From Octopus vulgaris (taxonomy: Eukaryota): a stretch of 64,000 nt of DNA. The notes beneath the pieces were generated by a model. It was not told the DNA's origin. It searched no databases and saw only the letters and a list, made by a program, of their open reading frames with translations. The stretch covers positions 137,640,001-137,704,000 of the forward strand of contig OX597818.1 of assembly GCA_951406725.2 (NCBI GenBank), given 5' to 3'. A program made the translations under genes and the position numbers. Below are positions 54,691 to 64,000 of this stretch, piece by piece; positions within the stretch are counted from its first letter, which is position 1, and every line of letters begins with the position of its first letter.

Positions 54691-54901
54691 TACTCTTTTA
54701 CCCTTTTACTTGTTTCAGTCATTTGACTGCGGCCATGTTGGAGCACCGCCTTTAGTCGAGCAAATCGACCCCGGGACTTATTCCTTGTAAGCCTAGTACT
54801 TATTCTATCGGTCTCTTTTGCCGAACCGCTAAGTGACGGGGACGTAAACACACCAGCATCGGTTGTCAACCAATGCTTGGGGGACAAACACAGACACACA
54901 A

Positions 54902-54954
<53 letters not shown>

Positions 54955-55117
54955 GATAGTCTTCTTTCAGTTTCCGTCTACCAAATCCACTCACAAGGCA
55001 TTGGTCGGCCCGGGGCTATAGCAGAAGACACTTGCCCAAGATGCCACGCAGTGGACTGAACCCGGAACCATGTGGTTGGTTAGCAAGCTACTTACCACAC
55101 AGCCACTCCTGCGCCTA
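54691..55117 (-). mobile_element. SINE-B
   Basis: Full-length match. Confidence 0.94.
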
Positions 55118-55558
55118 TGTCCATTTCCAATATTATTTTAGGCATCTCTCTTTGCATTCCTCTTTCTTCTCTTTTTAGTCCTTTTTGTTTTTCTTTTTGC
55201 TTCTTCCATTTTTTTAATTTTGTTTCTGTTCGTTGAAACTAAATCAACTATATCGTAGAGGTGGAAGTCATTTATACTACTCACGCACATACCCGTTATA
55301 TTTAATACATGCAGGGGAAATATTTTACTGTTCAGGTTATGAATATCCGCATGGCACTTTGCATTTTATAATACTACTGTGATAAAACACAAACAATATT
55401 AAAAACAGTTTACTATAATTTGTTAAAGAACTATAGTTTTAAAGAAATGCGTTTATAGCACAATTGTGTCGAAGCAGACCAGGTATGAATGGAGGCAAAA
55501 GACAATCTTCAGAAAAAAAAAGAAGAAACACATAAAAAGATATAAAAAAAAGCAAAAT

Positions 55559-56731
55559 AAAAATAGCGGTTGAACTAAAGAAAGTAAAATTAACAGTTAA
55601 AATTCGTTGATGCTGGATGATATTTTTCTATGTCCAGTAGATTATTTAGATTCTTATCAGAGAATTTCGATCAGCTAGAATAAATAAATATCTCGGATCA
55701 AGCTCTCATAGCCGAGATTAAAATAGTTCCAATAGTAGGAGTGGCTGTGTGGTAAGTAGCTTGCTAACCAACCACATGGTTCCGGGTTCAGTCCCACTGC
55801 GTGGCACCTTGGTCAAGTGTCTTCTGCTAGAGCCCCGGGCCGACCAATGCCTTGTGAGTGGATTTGGTAGACGGAAACTGAAAGAAGCCCGTCGTATATA
55901 TGTATATATATATATGTGTGTGCGTGTATGTTTATGTCTCTGTGTTTGTCCCCCCCTGGCATTGCTTGACAACCGATGCTGGTGTGTTTATGTCCCCGTC
56001 ACTTAGTGGTTCGGCAAAAGAGACCGATAGAATAAGTACTAGGCTTACAGAAGAATAAGTCCCGGGGTCGAGTTGCTCGCTTAAAGGCGGTGCTCCAGCA
56101 TGGCCGCAGTCAAATGACTGAAACAAGTAAAAGAGTAAAAGAGTAAAATGAAAATAGCAGTTGAACTAAAGAAAGTAAAATTAACAGTTAAATTTATAAT
56201 CACTCGTTGATGCTGGATGATATTTTTCTATGTCCAGTAGTTTATTTAGATTCTTATCAGAGAATTTCGATCAGCTAGAATAAATAAATATCTCGGATCA
56301 AGCTCTCATAGCCGAGATTAAAATAGTTCCAATAGTAGGAGTGGCTGTGTGGTAAGTAGCTTGCTAACCAACCACATGGTTCCGGGTTCAGTCCCACTGC
56401 GTGGCATCTTGGACAAGTGTCTTCTGCTATAGCCCCAGGCCGACCAATGCCTTGTAAGTGGATTTGGTAGACGGAAACTGAAAGAAGCCTGTCGTATATA
56501 TGTATATATATATATATGTGTGTGTGTGTTTGTCCCCCTAGCATTGCTTGACAACTGATGCTGGTGTGTTTACGTCCCCGTCACTTAGCGGTTCGGCAAA
56601 AGAGACCGATATAATCAGTACTGGGCTTACAAAGAATAAGTCCCGGGTCGAGTTGCTCGCTTAAAGGCGGTGCTCCAGCATGGCCGCAGTCAAATGACTG
56701 AAACAAGTAAAAGAGTAAAAGAGTAAAGAGT
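55559..56731 (+). repeat. Tandem duplication of a ~590-bp unit (unique flank + SINE-B at 55736-56147 and 56336-56731)
   Basis: AAATAGCRGTTGAACTAAAGAAAG starts both units, and the flank-SINE junction is identical in both. Confidence 0.93.
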
Positions 56732-57729
56732 AGGAGAGTAGTAAGCACGTGAGCATAAAATGTCTGCTTCCTACTACTATGAAAGAATGACTTCGTGTGA
56801 TGACCAGAAACTCAAACCATAAATAACACAAGAATTACAATAATTGGCGACTATGCGGACATCGTAAAGAGCCAATCAACTACATTATCTCGGGTTGTCC
56901 AGTATTACGTAAAACCTGATTATATCAGCAGGCAGAGAATATTCTGTAATTTATATGAACTACAAGGGACTGGGGCGGATGGTAGAATCGGTAAAGGAGC
57001 CCCCATGACAAAATGCCTTCGGCGTTTTTAATTACCTCCATTTAGGTTTCAGTTTAAATGCCACAAAGGTCGGCTTTCCAGACTCATTAAAATTAGTACC
57101 AGTCAAGTACTGGAGTCAATCTAATACCTTACAAACCCTTACCCATAAAAATATATGGTCTTCTGCTAATATTAGGAATCCTTTTATACTGAACCGGAAA
57201 TTTACTAATCACTAGAAAATTGGCTGCGAAATTAGAAGATTTAACCAAACAGTCTGTACAGTGTGTAAGCAGGAGGTATAGCTATGGAGGCACTCTCTTA
57301 TTGCTTTGTTCTTGGTTAGTATTCAAGGAGCAGATCTATAATCTGGGACGTTCTAATCATGACCTTCACGCCTTTTTAAAGTGATATTACCTTCAGAGCT
57401 ACGTTATTCTTGATAATCATGTCTCATTTTCCGAGATTTGGTGCATGTTTTATCAGACTGAGCAACTGCGTAGAAGCTTCCCTTTCTGTCCTACATTGAA
57501 ATGAGTATTTGTTGTAATTGTTGTCGGTGTTGTTATTGTTTAATTGTAGGCCAATACTGACCGAGCCGACCTGTAAACACAAGCATTCCGACCATAACCA
57601 TCCAAATTTTAGGTTTCTATAATTTTATATCATGCAGAATGCGTGTCTTTGTTTGGGATGCAGAAATGTAGTTTCATATATTTTTGGTTCTCTTGTTTTT
57701 AGCAGTTTGAGTGATCACGTAAAGAGACC

Positions 57730-57956
57730 TATTTCTTTACTACCCACGAGGGCCTAAACACAGAGAGGACAAACAAGGACAGACAAACGGATTAAATCGA
57801 TTATATCGACCCCAGTGTGTAACTGGTACTTATTTAATCGACCCCGAAAGGATGAAAGGCAAAGTTGACCTCGGCGGAATTTGAACTCAGAACGTACCGG
57901 CAGACGAAATACTGCTAAGCATTTCGCCCGGCGTGCTAACGATTCTGCCAGCTCGC
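57730..57956 (-). mobile_element. SINE-C, young
   Basis: TSD CGTAAAGAGACC at 57718-57729 and 57957-57968. Confidence 0.95.
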
Positions 57957-58480
57957 CGTAAAGAGACCGCTATCTGATACGGCTCGATCTTGCAACGAAT
58001 ATTTCTTAACTAGTTGTAAATACCGATTCTCAATGAACCATTTTTCACAATTTCAATAATATAGAACATTTACCAAACCAACAAGGAAGCCTTTACATTA
58101 CCATGTCATACTACCAAAACCAAATAGCCGCCAAGCATTCCTCAAATCATACTCAACACTCTTAGCTACCATCTTAACAAAAGCTGACAATCAACCTAAC
58201 CAGATCGACACAATTTTCTGGATCATTCTGCGGAGATCGTGATACTAAGAACTGAGTGAGGAGTAAGGTAAAAGAAATGAGAATGAAAGTCAGCGAGAAT
58301 TCTGTAAATTTCTCAAGCGAGCGCAACAGAGATATGTCTTAATACAATGTGCCGCAAACGTCTGTCTCTCATTAACTTTCTATGTCATGTTTTAGATTTC
58401 AGCTATTACCGTCATTGTAGTTGGGCACTCTTTCTCTTCTATTAGAGCTCACCTGTCTCTGCAAGAGTTGTATTCACAAC

Positions 58481-58808
58481 TTCGATTCCCAGACCGGGCG
58501 TTGTGAGTGTTTATTGAGCGAAAACACCTAAAAGCTCCACGAGGCTCCGGCAGGGGATTGTGGTGATCCCTGCTGTACTCTTTCACCACAACTTTTTCTC
58601 ACTCTTACTTCTCGTTTCTGTTGTACCTGTATTTCAAGGGGCCGGCCTTGTCACTCTCTGTGTCACGCTGAATATCCCCGAGAACTACGTTAAGGGTGCA
58701 CGTGTCTGTGGAGTGCTCAGCCACTTACACGTTAATTTCACGAGCAGGCTGTTCTGTTGATTCGGATCAACCGGAACCCTCATCGTCGTAACCGACGGAG
58801 TGCTTCCA
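58481..58808 (+). mobile_element. 5'-truncated SINE-A
   Basis: TSD ATTCACAACTTC at 58472-58483 and 58812-58823. Confidence 0.93.
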
Positions 58809-59004
58809 TCCATTCACAACTTCAGACATGAAACAATAGAAAATTACATTTTTAGAGAACATTCCAGCAAATAAAATGCAGTAAAATATATTTTTTTTTA
58901 AATCAACAAAAAAAAATTTGTTGAGTCTTTCAGGCAAGTAAACCAACGAGTTGTTGTTATCCCTTGTTTACTTAAAGCAGTCAACTGGCAGGAACGTTAA
59001 CATG

Positions 59005-59490
59005 TCTACTATAGCCTCGGACTGACCAAAGCCTTGTGAGTGGATTTGGTCGATGGAACCTGAAAGAAGCCTGTCGCATTTGTGTACGTATATCTATTAT
59101 ATAAAATCCGTTCTGTCTGTCTGTGTGTACGTCTTCTAGGATCTCGGGCATCCCCCATCCGATTGCGCTCAAATATGATATATAGATACCGACGGTATCA
59201 GTGCGTGTATAAATCTTGAAAAAGTTACAAAAATCGATTCCAGGTGAGAATGCGATCGATGAGAACGTGCATTTGTAAAATCGTTTTTCTTGGAATAGAA
59301 AAAAGTTTATCTTTATTTCTTCTTTTGCAGGTGTCTCAAATTTAAGTTAAAACAGTGTTTCTCAAAGGGGAGGCCTATAGGACGGTCGGACAAGTTGTTT
59401 TGAGAAAATTTGGTTTAAATGTTTGACAACTCAGCACCGTCCATTGGACGGGGGGCGTTTTGTTCGTATATATATATACCTATATATATA

Positions 59491-59546
<56 letters not shown>

Positions 59547-59760
59547 TATGTATATATGTGTGTGTTTGTCCACCACCATCGCTTGACATCAGATATTGGT
59601 GGGTTTACGTCTCCGTAACTTAGCAGTTCGGCAACAGTAGCCGATAGAATAAGTACCAGGCTTACAAAGAATAATGCATGGGGGTCTGTTTGTTCGACTA
59701 AATGCGGTGCTCCAGCATGACCGCAGTCAAATGTCTGAAAGAAGTAAAAGAATAAAAGAA
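59005..59760 (+). mobile_element. SINE-B split by a Helitron-like insertion
   Basis: 5' part at 59005-59090; 3' part at 59467-59760. Confidence 0.85.
59093..59466 (+). mobile_element. Non-autonomous Helitron-like element
   Basis: A|TCTATTATATAAAA...(CTGT)n start; subterminal hairpin CCGTCC-ATT-GGACGG at 59437-59451; ends TTCG|T (non-canonical). Confidence 0.7.
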
Positions 59761-60134
59761 AGAATATCAGACAAAATGCTTAAGAAAGTTTTTATTCTGA
59801 CTTTTCTACGTTCTCAGTTCAAGTCCCGCCAAGTTTGACCTGGCCTTTAGTCTTTTCGAGGTCGATAAAATAAGCACAGGTGTAGCACTAAGATCGATAT
59901 GATCGACTAAACAGGTTCCACTAAATTTCACACAGTATGCCTATAATAGAAAGATAAAACTTCTTTAGTTGACTGTAAGACATTTATGTTTCAATTTCTG
60001 TATCAATCTGCTTTTCTACATTCACATGCATGTATATGTGTATACACAAACCTACGTATGTACACATGCATATGCATGTACATATATGTGTGTTTGTGTG
60101 TGTGTGTTTGTGTGTGTGTGTGTATGTATGTATG

Positions 60135-60235
60135 TGGTTAGCCATATTGAGATGGCTATTATACTTTACATCTCTAAAAATGCTTATATAGTTATTTCCC
60201 TTACAAACCCAAGCAACACCGGGCGAAACTGCTAG
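60135..60235 (+). mobile_element. 3' end of the Helitron family seen at 42006-42518
   Basis: TCTCTAAAAATGCTTATATAGTTATTTCCCTTACAAACCC...GCTAG|T matches the reverse complement of 42006-42070. Confidence 0.85.
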
Positions 60236-60360
60236 TATATATATATATATAGATATAGTAATAAAATTTATGTTTCGCAATCAATCAGTCAATCCAACCA
60301 TCTGTCCATTTCTTCATCCATCTATCTATCTGTCTATCTGACAGTATGTACGTATGAATG

Positions 60361-60428
<68 letters not shown>

Positions 60429-60629
60429 CGCGTGTGTATGTATGCATGTATATGTTCATATATATATATATATACACACATACGCACACACACATACACA
60501 CACACACATAATACAGTTACGTATATATCTCTCAATGAATCTACCTTAACACCAATTCATTTTCCACCGTATTTTTGTATTTCTCAGGCTATTTATTCTT
60601 TTACTCTCGTTCGAGTTTGCTATCCTCAC

Positions 60630-60683
<54 letters not shown>

Positions 60684-60963
60684 GCTCTCTTTTATTCTCC
60701 AGTACCTATCTAAATCTATTACCTACCGTTTGAATATTCAGCTGACCCCTACAACACACTGCCGTGTCACGATCCCACTAAAGCCTTCCGTATTCATCAT
60801 CTGTCCCCAGTTTTGCTATTCTAATCGCGTGCTCTAAAATAGATCGACATATTTCTACATTGCGAAACCAATCTCTACACTTAGGCAACTATGTATGTGT
60901 GTGTGTGATATATATATATGCATATATATATACATATATATATATATACACACACACACACAT

Positions 60964-61030
<67 letters not shown>

Positions 61031-61043
61031 TACATACAGACAC

Positions 61044-61275
61044 CAGCGGCGAGCTGGTAGAAGCGTTAGCGCGCCGGGCGAAATTCGTAGCCGTATTTCG
61101 TCTGTCGTTACGTTCCGAGTTCAAATTCCGCCGAGGTCGACTTTGCCTTTCATTCTTTCGGGGTCGATAAATTAAGTACCAGTTACGCACTGGGGTCGAT
61201 GTAAGCGACTTAATTCCTTTGTCTGTCCTTGTTTCTCCCCTCTGTGTTTAGCCCCTTGTGGGTATTAAAGAAATA
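61044..61275 (+). mobile_element. SINE-C, young
   Basis: Full-length match. Confidence 0.93.
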
Positions 61276-61388
61276 TATATATATATATGAGTGAATATAC
61301 ATACATAATTGTGTATATAATATCCATGAAATTTAATGATATAAATGGGATGAAGAGAAAAGAAAAGAAGAATAAGGGGCTCAACGCA

Positions 61389-61420
<32 letters not shown>

Positions 61421-61736
61421 ATATGAAGAAATGTAAGACTACGATATATGAATGTGCGTGTGTGTGTATCCGTGTGTGTGTGTATCCGTGTGTGTGCGTA
61501 TCCGTGTGTGTGTGTATCCGTGTGTGTAGAGTCTTGCCGATCTAAAAATCCTGCCATACAAGGGCCGGGTCTCGTTGCGTTCCCCATTTCGTGTTCGTGT
61601 TCAATAAAGCATTGAATACGATACCTGTGTTCTGCACTTCCATATATATATACACACACACATACATATGTAATATACAACTATACACACCCACAACCCA
61701 CACTCACTCACACATATATATATGTAATATATGATT

Positions 61737-61776
<40 letters not shown>

Positions 61777-63186
61777 TCATATGTAATATATAATTTTATA
61801 TATATACATACATACATACATGCATATATATATTTATATACACATATGATATATAATTATGATATGCATTTCTGTGCATGTGCGTGTGCGAGTCTCTTTT
61901 TCACTGCTCCTCACACTACAACCACACGACATTTACCTCTTTGCTTCCGTTTCTTTTCCTTTCCTCTACATGCAAGTTTCTTACACATTCTAACACGTCA
62001 GCTTTTCTTTTCCACGTCCGTTTAGCCTATCTTCCTTCCATCTTCCTAAATTTCTTCTTTCATTACATATATATATATATATACGCATATACAGGCGTTC
62101 AAATTCATAAATGTGCATGTAGGCTCATACGTCAATGTATACTTACACATACCATGCACACACATACACGTACTTTCTCATTTGCATACATATGCATACA
62201 TACAAGCGCACATACATGCAAACACATATACCAACTTTTATATGTACGCACATACCGATACGCATGCGCAGTACAAACACATACACAAACACAAAGCAGC
62301 ACATACATAGGCACGTACAAGCACAGAAACATAGTTGTTTCCACATAACCCAAGACGATACAAACAGAGACACACGAACATTCATATACACACAAACACA
62401 AATACATTCATATATACACACAGAATCATCGGCAGAGTAACGGTAGATTTCATATATCTCTCTTTCCCCTCACACACTAAACTCTGACTCTCTCTAATAT
62501 ATTACCCTCTCACTTTTCTCTCTCGCTCTCTTTTCATTTCAACTCTCACTGCTGCTATTTCACTGAAAGCAGACGACAGAACTGTTCGAAGTTATGGTAC
62601 CCCGAGGAGAATTAAAATTGTCTACTACTCGACATGGCCCTCATAAACCAGAATATATTTGACTGAGGAACATTTCCATTCCCTTAGGATGATATGTGCT
62701 GATGTCTCTTTTTTTTTTTTCCTTTTCGCAATGGGGTCAGATACAGGAAAAGGGGAAAGATATTGAAGTGATTTAACAAACCAAGTCAATCATTCTGATA
62801 TTTCTCGCTATCGGTCTTTCTCGTCCTTTTGCCGTCCTCTTTTTCTCTACTTCTTACTCATTCTTCTTTTTCTCCCAAAATATCATCTCGCATACAATCA
62901 AAAGGAGACACATATATATTCGTACAAAGACAGATACGCATTTATGAAAGTATATATCTATGTATGCATGCACGTGTGTATATATACACATATTATAGAC
63001 CTGTATGTGTGCGCATGCAAGTATATATGTCTCATGTATTTTGGAACCTCTACAGCTTGCGCGTGTCAATCTTTGTGCTTGTGTGTGTATATATGTATCT
63101 AGATATTTATGTGTATGCGCGTATACTTCTCTGCAAAAGAACTTTGCCATTCTCTACCATCAAGTTACATGTATGCATGTCTATGC

Positions 63187-63255
<69 letters not shown>

Positions 63256-63374
63256 CCGTGATTCTATGTATAAAAACGTATCTGTCCACCTGTCATTCAT
63301 ATTTTTCCATGTAATACATCTGAATGTATGTGAAATAGAAGGGTATGTGTGTATATATGTGTGTGTTTGTGTGC

Positions 63375-63434
<60 letters not shown>

Positions 63435-64000
63435 TTGTGTGCGTGCATGTCTGTGTATCCCTGTGTGTGTGTATATACATATATGTATATGTATATATAA
63501 AGATATATACATATAGACATTGCCATTTATAAAGGTGAAACACATGCATATATCTATATATCTGCTTATTTTTTAGTGTATTTGCTTGTGCATGCATGCA
63601 TGTATATATGTGTGTGTGTTTGCGTATGTGTGTGTGTGTGTTTGTGAATATGTGTGTGAGTGAGTGTTCATATATGCAGTGGGTATTTATGGCTTATATA
63701 TGCATTTATGAATGCATGCATATATATGTACGTATGCATGTTTGTATTTATGCATTCATGTATGTATGTATGTATGTATGTATGTATGTATGTATGTATG
63801 TATGTATGTATGTATGTGTGCGTATGTATATATTCCTTTTCCGTTCGCAAAAGCAATGCTGTTTGAAGGGTTCTTCAAGTGTTTGGTAAGAATATATGTC
63901 AGGAACCAGACCACAACCCTATGGTTATGCTACTGAAGAATTCAAACCTACACCAAACACGTCTTTAAGATCGCCGTAAAAACTAGCACGTGATATATCG

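Overview
AT-rich, repeat-saturated eukaryotic (animal) non-coding DNA, intronic or intergenic. I can support no host gene exon, rRNA/tRNA gene or CRISPR array. Almost every ORF in the track is a translation of a microsatellite ((TAA)n, (CAT)n, (TA)n, (CA)n, (TATC)n, (TACA)n) or of a SINE. From the SINE repertoire and microsatellite load I infer an octopus or other coleoid cephalopod (from memory, not a search). The real content is a layered mobilome: (1) a decayed Tx1/L1-type LINE plus 3' fragments of relatives; (2) at least five distinct R4/Dong-like RLE-LINE 3' fragments, all inserted in (TAA)n on the TAA strand; (3) RTE fragments; (4) three abundant tRNA-derived SINE groups (here A, B, C), many with clean TSDs; (5) a mariner transposase fragment; (6) non-autonomous Helitrons; (7) short (TA)n-embedded elements carrying type I hammerhead ribozyme motifs, one inside a 215-bp spacer-less palindrome, as expected for Penelope-like pLTR remnants. 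The best leads are the hammerhead-bearing elements (including a recurrent non-canonical core), a SINE whose 3' tail matches Tx1-LINE 3' ends and which twice abuts the GGTATTTC motif of its own family, and the strand-specific TAA-targeting LINE guild. Coordinates were read by eye and may be a few bases off for diverged copies.
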